A program made the translations under genes and the position numbers. A stretch of 63,540 nt of DNA, filler included, from Licmophora abbreviata (taxonomy: Eukaryota), in NCBI GenBank assembly GCA_900291995.1. It is 24 parts of 24 records of this genome, joined end to end, with 100 filler letters (N's around TTAATTAATTAA, not from the genome) between each part and the next. Parts side by side here need not be neighbours in the genome. Positions count along the whole stretch, not along the records: positions 1 to 3,219 come from OLMU01005980.1; positions 3,320 to 5,070 come from OLMU01005984.1; positions 5,171 to 6,653 come from OLMU01005985.1; positions 6,754 to 7,757 come from OLMU01005986.1; positions 7,858 to 9,430 come from OLMU01005987.1; positions 9,531 to 11,726 come from OLMU01005988.1; 18 more parts are not named here. One strand, written 5' to 3'. Below the pieces are notes generated by a model, which ran no database searches, had not been told where the DNA came from, and saw only the letters and a list, made by a program, of their open reading frames with translations. Below are positions 1 to 9,665 of this stretch, piece after piece; position 1 is the first letter of the stretch, and the number at the start of each line of letters is the position of its first letter.

Positions 1-617
1 AACGCCTCGCTGTAGGTCAGAACAAGGCTCAGGCCATCGCTCGAAACCTCCGCGCTCGAAATCTCAGGCGCCGTCGTGTCAATGGAGCCAGGGTTGGCAC
101 CGTTTGCCGTGTCAGAGCCGCTGCCAGCAACAGCTGCCACACCACCCAAAGCACCCAGAGCTGCCAATGCACCAGCACCGGCTCCCGCGCCGCCTGCGCC
201 CGCAGCCAACAGCAATCCTTCTGCGGCCGATTCCAAAATTGCAACGGCACCGTTCTCGAGTAGAATGTAATTTTCCGGTGAAAACAGCAGTGTTTGACCA
301 TTGGAGAGCGTCACCTCAAGGGTTCGGTCGCCGAGCACACGAGCAGTTGCAATGTCCATGGCCGAGTTCAGCAGGACATAGCCATCTGGCAAGGTTTGCG
401 CGTGGGCAAGACCGGCAGCGAGCAACCCGGTCAAGATCGCCCCGCCTTGAGCAGACTTCTTGATCATCCCACCTTTCGACGCGGTATTTTCAACTTGCTG
501 ACCCTTGGCAATCTCGCCAGATGCCTGACCCACTTCTGCAGCGCCCTGCACCGTTTCAGCCCCATCACGGCTTGGCTTGTTGTTTACGCCCTGCGTCTCT
601 TTGAGATCTTTTGCCAT
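1..617 (-). CDS. N-terminal part of a large surface/adhesin-type protein (SwmB/Ig-like repeat begins at the window edge); runs off the window
   Basis: Manually translated; absent from the ORF track. ATG at 617 after AGGGAAGA, open to base 1: MAKDLKETQG...AGAGGAGAGAGALAALGALGGVAAVAGSGS...DTTAPEISSAEVSSDGLSLVLTYSEA. A Gly/Ala hydrophobic segment followed by DTTAP..V....LVLTYSEA resembles large repetitive surface proteins. Confidence 0.7.
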   Translation of the reverse strand, partial: MAKDLKETQGVNNKPSRDGAETVQGAAEVGQASGEIAKGQQVENTASKGGMIKKSAQGGAILTGLLAAGLAHAQTLPDGYVLLNSAMDIATARVLGDRTLEVTLSNGQTLLFSPENYILLENGAVAILESAAEGLLLAAGAGGAGAGAGALAALGALGGVAAVAGSGSDTANGANPGSIDTTAPEISSAEVSSDGLSLVLTYSEA

Positions 618-1385
618 GGTATTCTTCCCTTGATTACGCCGCTGCGCAGCAGCGCTGCTCGGTGTTCTGGTTGGTTACTTTGAAGGCGGCTGTATGGCCG
701 CGCATGTCCTGATGAGCCCCGAAGATGGGGCAAACGGAGCGCGCATTGCGCGCCTCCGTTGAAAACTTTTCTTGCGATGACAGTGACGCCAGAGACGTTT
801 TTCGTCGCCTTAGCCTGCTAGGCAGGCCATCCGTCAGAAGCGTTGAAAGTGATGAAAGACAAAGCGCAACAAAATCGCCCACTGTCACGTCACGTGGCAG
901 TGGCGGCACAACGCTTTCGCGCGAGCAAAACGGCTCAAAACAACCAAAATGACCGCTCCTGTCAGGAAACATAACAGTGACGCTAGTCTTTGGTTCTGCT
1001 GTTTTTTGTTGTTTTTCAATGCCTTGACGCATTTTCTCCTGCTCTCTTACCCGTCACTTTCAGTCAGTCCCGCCCTGCCTGCAAAATGCTGAGCAGAGCT
1101 TTGAAAACCTCAGGCCATGCGAACACAAGCCTTTAGGTCCGACAGCTACGGGTATGAAAACACAAGGAGTGCGGAGCAACGCGTTAAAATTTGGGTATAA
1201 AAACTTTAATACCCAACATTTTGTTCCGCTCGCCTATCCAGCTTACACACAATAGGCTTTTTCCATTGAAGAAAGCGTTTCTTTGATCTGATCGCCCCCA
1301 CTCACGAAAGAGATTTTTTCAACCAAAGATACTCTGCAAAACTGTCGCGTGGTGGATACTAGGGCGCCTAAGATGTTGGGAGGCA

Positions 1386-2030
1386 ATGATGAGCCAAGCC
1401 GTGCTTGTTGAGGATGAAGTCGAGTACCAGATCGCGCTTTCAGATGCTCTAAAACTTGATGCCAAACAATGGTCCATAAACAATTTCACCCGGGGCAATG
1501 AAGCCGTAAAGTTTTACTCAAGTTTAAAAACGCCACCCAGCATTGCCATCGTAGACATCGGTCTTCCAGACATCTCCGGACTTGAAGTAATCGAGAAATT
1601 CAACGAACGGTTTCCGCTGACCCCAATATTGGTCTATACAGTTGTACCAAGCGACTATGCGCTAAAACAAGCGATTGCGCGCGGGGCGAGTGGCTACATT
1701 CTCAAAGATGACAAACACTTTTCGATTTATTCTGCAATTCAGGAAGTTCTTGAGGGGCACGCGCCGATCAGCCCCCGAATGACGAAATCCTTTCTGTCAA
1801 ATTTACGTCAACTAGGGCAGCGGAGCAAAGATGCTCCCAAATTATCTACGCAAGAACAAATTTTGCTAGAGTTAATATCAGTGGGAAACTCATACGCCGT
1901 GGCGGCACACAGCATGGGATTGAGCGTGAGCACAGTACACGCTTACAGCCGAAGTATGTTTAGAAAACTTAATGTGAACTCTAAAACGCAAGCTGTTGTT
2001 AGAGCAAGAGAATTCGGACTTATAGGTTAG
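1386..2030 (+). CDS. NarL/FixJ-type response regulator (REC + LuxR HTH)
   Basis: VLVEDE, IAIVDIGLPDISG (phospho-Asp), GASGYILK, and C-terminal LS.QE..LL.LI..G.S....A..MGLS.STV..Y...+FRKL.V; GGGAGG RBS. Confidence 0.93.
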   Translation: MMSQAVLVEDEVEYQIALSDALKLDAKQWSINNFTRGNEAVKFYSSLKTPPSIAIVDIGLPDISGLEVIEKFNERFPLTPILVYTVVPSDYALKQAIARGASGYILKDDKHFSIYSAIQEVLEGHAPISPRMTKSFLSNLRQLGQRSKDAPKLSTQEQILLELISVGNSYAVAAHSMGLSVSTVHAYSRSMFRKLNVNSKTQAVVRAREFGLIG

Positions 2031-2229
2031 TTGCTCTCATTGCAGCCCTGAACTGGTCTGAACTGGTGCCCATTTCGACCGGACAGTTTGGCTCCACCAA
2101 CAGATGGGGAGCAGAGCAGCACACCATCATTATGAATGGGGCCGATCGCGGGACATACCAAAAGATTATACAATTTTTCATACCTTAAGAACAGATTACT
2201 GTAATTCTTGGGCATTGCACTCATTCACC

Positions 2230-2706
2230 ATGAAGATGATTCATTGGTCCGAAGGATCGGGCTGGACAGCACATGCGGTCCTAGATTTTTATCGGCAATG
2301 GGTCACTTCAATGGTTTACAATCATACGTCCACTTGGATTGCAAAAGTGGCAATCGTGTCTTCAGATGAAACCAACAGTGATGTCGCAAAACTGCTCCTT
2401 AAAAAACGCGAGGTAATCGTCATAGACGTTGAAGATCTTGTAATTGACGAACACTGCGAATCCAAGACGATAGGATTTTTGCTTGATCACGGCAATATCA
2501 ACCCGGAATTAACCCGCATTTACAAGAAGAAAGTACGCGACCTTCAAGTGGTTGGAGGTACTGCGATCCTGATATCCGCAGGCACGGAATTTGTGGCCCG
2601 CGACGACGAATTACCTTTCAAGGCAACTCATCATCGACAGGTGAAAAAGCCTTTTGATGGTGACGTTGCAGAGCAAATCCTTAAAATCGTCGACATGAGA
2701 TGCTGA
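2230..2706 (+). CDS. Hypothetical protein with degenerate receiver (REC)-like domain
   Basis: KVAIVSSDE...GFLLDHG...AILISAG...VKKPFD follows the REC beta/alpha pattern, including the KPF motif; the start codon is uncertain. Confidence 0.55.
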   Translation: MKMIHWSEGSGWTAHAVLDFYRQWVTSMVYNHTSTWIAKVAIVSSDETNSDVAKLLLKKREVIVIDVEDLVIDEHCESKTIGFLLDHGNINPELTRIYKKKVRDLQVVGGTAILISAGTEFVARDDELPFKATHHRQVKKPFDGDVAEQILKIVDMRC

Positions 2707-2785
2707 GACCGGTTTCGATATCAGGGCAACTTTGATGCTTTCGATTGTCTTTCTCTCTTGCTTGGCCTTACTGTACCATGAGCTG

Positions 2786-3219
2786 TTAAATGCCTAAGAA
2801 TGCCCCCACTGGCCACACCACCTCCCCCGGAAACCCCGCCTGCTGCGGCACATCGCGTAGTGCCTGCCGATAAGCCTCCCATGAGGCGATATTCTCAGGC
2901 GGTGTGACATCGGGCAGGTAAATCCAGTCGGTCTGCATGAGGCGCAGGTCGCGCTCGGCGCGGACTTGCGCGGCAAGATCGGCGACAGGTGCTGACGCGG
3001 CCAGCGCCACCTCGCCAGTCGCCCCCACCTGCACTGCGGCAAACGCGAGTTCGGCAGCCTCCCAGACCGCCAGCGGCGCATAGGCTGCGACCACATCTTT
3101 CATCTCCTGTCCAACCCGCGGCAACGGAGCCGCCACCAGTACCGGCTCATGCCCTTCACGCGTGTAGCGCACCTCCATCGACCCCGTCTGGGTATCGGTG
3201 CTGAGGATTTCATAGGAAT
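2786..3219 (-). CDS. Phage tail (fibre) assembly chaperone-domain protein, 5' truncated by linker
   Basis: VRAERDLRLMQTDW..LPD.....WEAYRQALRDVPQQAGFP..V.WP motif; the frame stays open upstream of 3178 to the contig end. Confidence 0.85.
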
Positions 3220-3319
3220 NNNNNNNNNNNNNNNNNNNNNNNNNNNNNNNNNNNNNNNNNNNNTTAATTAATTAANNNNNNNNNNNNNNNNNNNNNNNNN
3301 NNNNNNNNNNNNNNNNNNN
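3220..3319. other. Artificial contig linker N44-TTAATTAATTAA-N44 (first of 23)
   Basis: The same 100-bp spacer with stops in all six frames starts at 3220, 5071, 6654, 7758, 9431, 11727, 14307, 16781, 18652, 22236, 27245, 36817, 38325, 41870, 44303, 45803, 48757, 52875, 55561, 56750, 58403, 59527 and 61710. Confidence 0.99.
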
Positions 3320-4444
3320 AGCGGCATAGACCGCTGAGGCATAGGCCGGGAAGTCATCAGGCTGCCAGTCATTCTCCGGGCTGATGAACTGACCGCGCAC
3401 GCCGTTGAAGTTGGACGCCCGGCTTTGCCGCGTGGTGAGCGCAATCCCTCCCTCGCGCAGATCCTCCACATCGAGCGTCACATCGGCCATGCGGTAAGCA
3501 CCTGCATGAATGCGCCAGGCCCCGCCCTGCCACACGCAGCGCCCCGCCATCGCCGTCAGCATCGCCTCGATGATCGGCTGGGGATATTGATCGAGCGTCA
3601 CGATCCCATTGCAGCTGTAACGCGGCTCGCTGCCGCCTGCGGCCAGGGGCTCCGCCTCGTCGCAGATATTGGCAGCCTCGATCAGGCTCGCGGTCTCGAT
3701 CCCGTCCTCGAGCCAAATGCCCGCGCCCAGGCCAAAGACCGGATGCGCCATATAATCGGCGACGCAAAGCGCGGCATTCTCCGAGTAGCCCCGCAGGCCG
3801 GTGCGCGGATCAAGGATATCATCCTTGCCGGTCATATCCGCCGAGATGCTCGGGATCCCGCCGGGAAAGACATCCCGGTCATAGGTGAGACGCAAGTATA
3901 GGGCCGCACAGCCCTCCAGCCTGTGTGCCGAGGTCCAATGCTCGGAGACATCGCGCATGAGGCCTGCAAAGGCGGTCTGGCCGGGATGGCCCAGCTTTTT
4001 GTCCACGGTGACATGCCCGGCCCACCGGCCAAGCGGCGTGCCGTTGGCACCGATCGCGAGCTCGCCGTCAAAGTACACAGCGCCGATCGACTGGACCCTA
4101 TGGGCGGCCAGCACGATCACCATGTGCAGATACTGATCCGAGGGACCGCTTTCATGCAGGAACACGATGGTCCCGCCCTTACGGCTGCGCCCATAGACAA
4201 GATCGCGGGGCATCACCGGCTCGCGCACGCTGACGGTCTGCGGCTTGAGCTGCAGGGTGGGCCCCAGCGTGGGTGTGATCTTGGGCTTGGGCATCAAGGC
4301 TTGCGAGGCGGCCGACAGGAGCACCGAGGTCCCGAAGGTGGCGGCAAAGCCGATGAGGCCGCCCGCAGCAAAGGCGGCGGCCACACCGCCCGCAGCAATC
4401 GCGGCCCCGCCGAGGGCCACGGCGCCAATCACGACAGGCGGCAT
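3320..4444 (-). CDS. Phage tail tip/central tail protein (3' truncated)
   Basis: LVYGRSRKGG, GIPSISA...G..I.DPRTG..GYSENAALCVADY, RYSCNG, FNGVRGQF..P...WQPDDFP; lies among tail genes. Confidence 0.88.
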
Positions 4445-4447
4445 GGA

Positions 4448-4852
4448 TCAGACCCTCCAGGCCAGGTGGCAATGATCGAGCGGCAGGCGCACCAAGCCCT
4501 CGGGGGCCACAAAGGCAGCCTGCGCGCCGATGCAGATCCCGAAGGCGGGATCCTCACCGCCCAGCACCATATCGCCGCGCTGCGCGAGCAGCGGGTTCGC
4601 AAGAGGCGTGCCCAAGAGATCCCGCCCGGCGGCCTCAAGGCTGGGCCAGCCGAGGCGGCGCAGCACGCGGGCAGCCCCCATCTGCGTGCGGTAGCGCCCA
4701 TGCCAGCGGGCAGCCACATCCTCGCCGCCCGTCAGATCACGCCGCAGATCAAAGGCCCAGGTGGCGCAATCATGCTGGCCCCAGACAAAGGGTGTATCCC
4801 GGGCGGCCTCAAGGCGCGCGGCCAGACGGGAGGTCCAGTCAGCAACTCTCAT
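4448..4852 (-). CDS. Phage tail-associated NlpC/P60-like (DUF6950-type) protein
   Basis: PFVWGQHDCATWA catalytic-Cys motif and AQRGD; position between tail genes. Confidence 0.8.
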   Translation of the reverse strand: MRVADWTSRLAARLEAARDTPFVWGQHDCATWAFDLRRDLTGGEDVAARWHGRYRTQMGAARVLRRLGWPSLEAAGRDLLGTPLANPLLAQRGDMVLGGEDPAFGICIGAQAAFVAPEGLVRLPLDHCHLAWRV

Positions 4853-5070
4853 GCCCGCCCCCAGGTGATGGCCTTGTCTTGAATGGCGGCCACGAACTCA
4901 AAGCCCCGATCACCGGGGGCCAGCACTTGCTGGCTTTCATGGGTGTAGCGCCAGTTGCGCGCGGTCCCGAGATCGATGAGACGGTTCTCATAGCTGATCG
5001 TCACCGTGCAGCTCTCGCCGCTATCGGCGATCTCCGGCACATCGAGCCGGCCGGTAAAGGCCTGCACGGG
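4849..5070 (-). CDS. Phage minor tail protein, C-terminal part
   Basis: ISYENRLIDL...RYTHESQQ..PGDRGFEFV..IQD..I.WG; ATGA-type overlap with the next gene. Confidence 0.8.
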   Translation of the reverse strand, partial: PVQAFTGRLDVPEIADSGESCTVTISYENRLIDLGTARNWRYTHESQQVLAPGDRGFEFVAAIQDKAITWGRA

Positions 5071-5170
5071 NNNNNNNNNNNNNNNNNNNNNNNNNNNNNN
5101 NNNNNNNNNNNNNNTTAATTAATTAANNNNNNNNNNNNNNNNNNNNNNNNNNNNNNNNNNNNNNNNNNNN

Positions 5171-6653
5171 AGGCTTTGTCATAGGCCGCACGTGCCACCT
5201 CGCCGAGTTCCACCGCCTCGGGCACTGTGGATTTCCACTCCGAGAGATCCGGCGCCTGGATCGCCCAGTCCGGGCGGCGCCCGCCCAAAGTGAGCAGGCT
5301 ATTCACTGCCGCCGTGATCCCCGCAAGCCCGGTTTCCATCGCCGCGACAAGACCGTTTATGGCCAGCGCGCCGATCCTGTCGAACACCGCCGGCAGGGCG
5401 TCCCAAATGGCTTTTACGCCAAGGAAGGTGCCCTCGAAGGTATTGAGCACCGAGTTGGCCCAGCTCACGACTGCGTCACTGGCGGATTGCAGACCATCGT
5501 AGATCCCGGCCTGTGCCGTGGCCCAATCACTCTCCACCCTCGCCCAGGCGGCCTGCGCTGAGAGCGCCACCTTGGACCACACCTCCGAGGCCAGACCCTT
5601 TAGCCGGCCCATGGCATCGCCGAAGCTACCGGCACCGCGCACCAGCTTGGTGAACCAATACACAAGCTCGCCCGCCCCCACGACCAGCGCCCCGATCCCG
5701 GTCCGGACCAGCGCACCGCGCAGCACAACGAGCGCGGTCGCCAGCCCTTTGACCGACAGAGCCGCTGCCGCCACACCCGCAACCCATCTGCCCGCCATCA
5801 GACCGGCAAATGTCCCGGCATAGGTCACGATCCGGTCCAGATTGCCGATCAGAGCGGTGATCGCCTGGCCCAGAGGTCCCGTGACCCGCGCGGCGGCGGC
5901 CAAGGCTTCGGCCAGGGTTTCCAGGGCGGGCGCTGCCGCCACCGCCAGCTGGTTGGCCAGACCCCGGCCAATCAGCCCCAGGCGCGACAGCGCGTCATTG
6001 GTACGCTCGATTTGATCCGCATCTTGCTCGGAGACCACCACGCCAAAATCCGCGAGATCTTTCGTGGCCTGGCGCAGCGTCGCGCTGTCGATCCGCGCCA
6101 TGGCGATCGAGCCTTCCTCGCCAAAAAGCTGTCCCGCCACCGCCGCGCGCTCGGCCGCCGGCACAAACGCCGTGATCGCGTCATTGATCGCCGCCACCCG
6201 CGCATCGAGCGGCATCTCCATCAAGGCCCCGGCCGACAGGCCCAGCCGATCCAGCGCATCAGCCGCAGGTCCGCCCCCGGCCGCGGCCTGGCTCAGCCGC
6301 CGGGTCAGATCCTTCGTGGCCTGCTCGATGCCTGACATCGCCACGCCTGCGAGCTCGCCGGCACGCTCCAGAACCTGCAGGCTCGCCACCGTGGTGCCGA
6401 GCGACTGCGCGAGCTTGGCTTGAGCATCCACTGTCTCAAGCCCCGCCCGCACCATCGATACACCCGCGGCCGTCACCGCCGCTGTGGCTGCAGCCGCCAC
6501 CAGCTTGGCGCGCCGCGCAAAGGCCACCATGCGTTTGTTCGCGGCGTCCAGCTCATGGCTCAGGCGGCCCATGCTCTTGGCGCCTGCCGCGCCCACGCCT
6601 TCAAGCTCGGCGCGCACTTGCCGTCCACCCGTGGCGGAGAGGCGGACAGAGAC
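5171..6653 (-). CDS. Phage tail tape measure protein (partial)
   Basis: VSVRLSATGGRQVRAELEG start, Ala-rich helical sequence, VDAQAKLAQSLGTT; open across the whole contig. Confidence 0.9.
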
Positions 6654-6753
6654 NNNNNNNNNNNNNNNNNNNNNNNNNNNNNNNNNNNNNNNNNNNNTTA
6701 ATTAATTAANNNNNNNNNNNNNNNNNNNNNNNNNNNNNNNNNNNNNNNNNNNN

Positions 6754-6965
6754 ACCACCACCTCCAATTCAGCCCGGTGCTGGTAGTGATACCGCAGTGG
6801 CGAGAGCGTCACGCCGGGCGCGCCCGGATCCCCGTCTCGCAGGATCATCAGGCCTGGCGGTGGCACGCGTTCGGGCAGGACCTCTCCGCGCAGCACCGGC
6901 ACATGCGGGATCGTGCGCAGCAGATCCGCCAGGGCGGTGAGGATGGTTTCGCGTGAGGTGGGCAT
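6754..6965 (-). CDS. Phage tail completion-type protein, N-terminal part
   Basis: MPTSRETILTAL...LRGEVLPERVP..GLMILRDGDPG.P.VTLSP..YHYQHRAELEVV; recognised as a recurring gene of this prophage type. Confidence 0.7.
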
Positions 6966-6997
6966 GTCACTCCCGGACCACCGGGGATGACCCGGTT

Positions 6998-7342
6998 TCA
7001 ATGCTCAGTGTCACCCTTCACGGGCGACAGGTTGGCCAGATGGCGCGGTAGGTCGGACCGGCTGTGCAGGAAATCAATGATGATGACCTGCTCCGCCCCT
7101 TCGACGAAAACAACAAAATGCTGACCGGCGCGCGCAAAGCGGAGATCTTCGGGCAGATCCGGATCAAAGATCCGGCGACAATCCTGCGACTGCGCAATGC
7201 CTGCTGCGATGTCCCGGCAGACAGAAATCAGGTCTTCTTCGTATGCTGCAGCCTGCCGTGGGCCAAAGGTTTCGACCGTCCAAAGCGCGATATCGATGAG
7301 CGAGCGTTCCGCCGCTCGTGTCAGGCGCCAGGGTTTGGGCAT
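6998..7342 (-). CDS. parE: Type II TA toxin, RelE/ParE family
   Basis: WRLTRAAERSL.DI..WT...FG..QA..Y, and H.VVF.....V.IIDFLH...DL. Confidence 0.88.
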   Translation of the reverse strand: MPKPWRLTRAAERSLIDIALWTVETFGPRQAAAYEEDLISVCRDIAAGIAQSQDCRRIFDPDLPEDLRFARAGQHFVVFVEGAEQVIIIDFLHSRSDLPRHLANLSPVKGDTEH

Positions 7343-7354
7343 GAATAGCTCGGA

Positions 7355-7612
7355 TCAGGACCGATTGCGGGCAAACGCAAAGGCACGGCGCATGGCGTCC
7401 TCGCCACTGCCATCGGCCAACTCTCCTTGGCGAGCCTCTTCGAGGCCAACCAACAGGCGTGAGCGCAAATCACCGAGTTCAGCCTCTTCGCGTTCCAGAA
7501 GGCGAAGTCCCGCACGCAACGCTTCCGAAGCATTCTGATACCGCCCGGAGGCGACCAGACGGTCTACCAGGTCGGATTGCGTTTCAGTCAGGACAACGTT
7601 TCTCGTGGCCAT
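7355..7612 (-). CDS. parD: Type II TA antitoxin, ParD (RHH) family
   Basis: TRNVVLT....LVDRLVASGRYQNASEALRAGLRLLE; directly upstream of the ParE gene; GGAG RBS. Confidence 0.9.
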   Translation of the reverse strand: MATRNVVLTETQSDLVDRLVASGRYQNASEALRAGLRLLEREEAELGDLRSRLLVGLEEARQGELADGSGEDAMRRAFAFARNRS

Positions 7613-7632
7613 GGCGATCTCCATAAGCTGAA

Positions 7633-7649
7633 TTGGCAATATATGCCAA
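7633..7649. promoter_or_regulatory. Palindrome TTGGCA-N5-TGCCAA, candidate ParD autoregulatory operator
   Basis: Perfect 6-bp inverted repeat about 20 bp upstream of the parD start. Confidence 0.55.
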
Positions 7650-7675
7650 CACCGCCTACATGTCGACTGGTCCCG

Positions 7676-7757
7676 TCAAACCCGTTCAGACACCCACTTC
7701 CCCACAATCAACCCCGGCACTGCCGCCTGTGCCTTTCGGGCATCACGATCGAGATCC
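7676..7757 (-). CDS. C-terminus of a phage neck/minor tail protein (DUF6441-like)
   Basis: Manual translation DLDRDARKAQAAVPGLIVGKWVSERV*. Confidence 0.55.
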
Positions 7758-7857
7758 NNNNNNNNNNNNNNNNNNNNNNNNNNNNNNNNNNNNNNNNNNN
7801 NTTAATTAATTAANNNNNNNNNNNNNNNNNNNNNNNNNNNNNNNNNNNNNNNNNNNN

Positions 7858-9164
7858 CCTTCCGAGGTAAGGATGTCGCGCGCCATCTCTATGAGCGACA
7901 GTCCGCGCCAGTCCCGCGCGGCTGCGGTCAGTTCGAACCGGCCCGGGTCATGGCGATGCAGCAGGGCTGCTTCCACCGCAGCGCGGCGGGTATCAACCTC
8001 GCATTGCCCACCCATGCGGATATGCGGGCGCGTCTCTACAGCACGGTCATTCTGGGCCGCAGCGTCAATCAGCGCACCGCGCGCCTCATCGAGGCTCACG
8101 CCGCGGCGCACGAGATCCACCGTGATCTCTTCACCTACGCCCAATTTGCGGGCAGCATCCTGAATGCCGGCAATGCGCGCGCGTTCCCCTTCCATCGCAT
8201 CCTGCGCGATCCGACGGATGGCGGTTTCATCAAATGGCGCCTGGCTGGTATCAGAACGCGCATCAGCTTGCGCAGAGCGATGGTGGTTATCGACGGGATC
8301 AGCGTCAGAAACAACTGTTCGCCCTGCCACAGGCTGATCTGCCGAGCGGGTTTCAATGCCATTTGGCACGGGCTCCGCTGAAGTTGCTTCTGCCCCAGCC
8401 CTCTGGATTGGCACGTCTGCACCGTCGTTATGACCCATCGCCTCTCGCGCAACAGGGGTCTCTATCTGCTCATCCATGGTCTTGTCCTTTTCCTGGTCTG
8501 TGACCGCTTCTTCGGTCTCGATGTTTGGCTGTGTGGGTTCAGACGGTGCCGCGCGCGCCAATTGGCAGAAGACCTCCGGCGCCCCACCACCCCGGAAGCC
8601 TGCGGCGGCATCTGCCCCTACGGGCACGGCCGACAGCTCCATCGGCTGCCAATCCACGGCGCGCCAGATTGGCACCTGCCCCTCTTCTTCCGTGATCTCG
8701 AAGCGGCGCACGCTGTAACCCACCGAGACATTCCGAATGATGCCGGCTTCCACATCGCTCCAGATCGGTTCGACATCGGCGCGCGCCGAGAAGCGCACGC
8801 GCGCCCTTCCCTGCACCCCCGCCTCGCCACTCTCGACCCAAGCGCGCTCCACAACACCCAACACCTGGCCCAGATCATGCGCGCCATGTGTATTGAGCAG
8901 TGGCGCGCCGCCATTGAGCCGGCTCAGGTCCACATGCTCCGCCTGAAGCGAAAGCACCTCATCATAAGGCTTGCCCGTCCAGAAATCGCGCCGGCGCACC
9001 ATCGCACCCGTCGACCAGACCAGCTCCACCGTGCGGGCCTCAACATCGACCGTCTCCGGCATCAGCCGCACATCCGCGCGCATCTGCAACCCGAGGCGGC
9101 GCTCTTCCAGCGCCGCGGTCTCAGGTCCCTGAGCGTCCTCAGCGGGATCTGTCATCTTCGTCAT
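7858..9164 (-). CDS. Prohead protease / major capsid fusion protein (3' truncated)
   Basis: ARTVELVWSTGA, LNGGAPLLNTH, IIRNVSVGY, WQPMELSAVPVGAD, then a scaffold-like linker and ALLHR......AARDWRGLSLIEMAR. Confidence 0.92.
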
Positions 9165-9430
9165 TGGTTAGTCCTTCTGTCTGGTCCGCTGGCATTGCCC
9201 CCGCCTCCGCGTCGCGCCCGCTGTCCTGACCCGTCTTGGTTGACCGCCGCGGGTCGCTGTCGAGAATGATCCCGAGCGCATCGAGCTCGGCATTGGTTTC
9301 AGCAATCTCGCGCAGCACCTGCGCAGGCTCATAGCCCTGCCGCGCAATCGCCTCTTTCAGCGTCATGACGCCGGCGCGTACCGCCAGTACATCCGCCTGG
9401 ATGTCTTTCAGCGGATCCACCGCCTCAAAT
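9139..9430 (-). CDS. Lambda-family portal protein, C-terminal part
   Basis: FEAVDPLKDIQA....VRAG..T..EAIA..GY.P..V..EIA......D.LGI.LDSDPR. Confidence 0.9.
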
Positions 9431-9530
9431 NNNNNNNNNNNNNNNNNNNNNNNNNNNNNNNNNNNNNNNNNNNNTTAATTAATTAANNNNNNNNNNNNNN
9501 NNNNNNNNNNNNNNNNNNNNNNNNNNNNNN

Positions 9531-9653
9531 AATGCGCCGCAAGAGATCGCTGGCTGTGCCATAATCGATCGACTTGCCGTCATAGCTCACGCGGGTCGTG
9601 CCACTGGCATAGGCCCGCCTAAGGGCGACCAGTTCCTCCTCACTCCACTGCAT
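9531..9653 (-). CDS. gpW-like head-to-tail joining protein, N-terminal part
   Basis: Manual translation MQWSEEELVALRRAYASGTTRVSYDGKSIDYGTASDLLRRI; located between terminase and portal. Confidence 0.82.
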
Positions 9654-9665
9654 CAGGGCCTCTCC

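Noticed and set aside
1075..1155. c-di-GMP-I riboswitch-like words (GCAAA, GAAAACC, GACAGC)
   Set aside because: The required paired stems could not be built convincingly.
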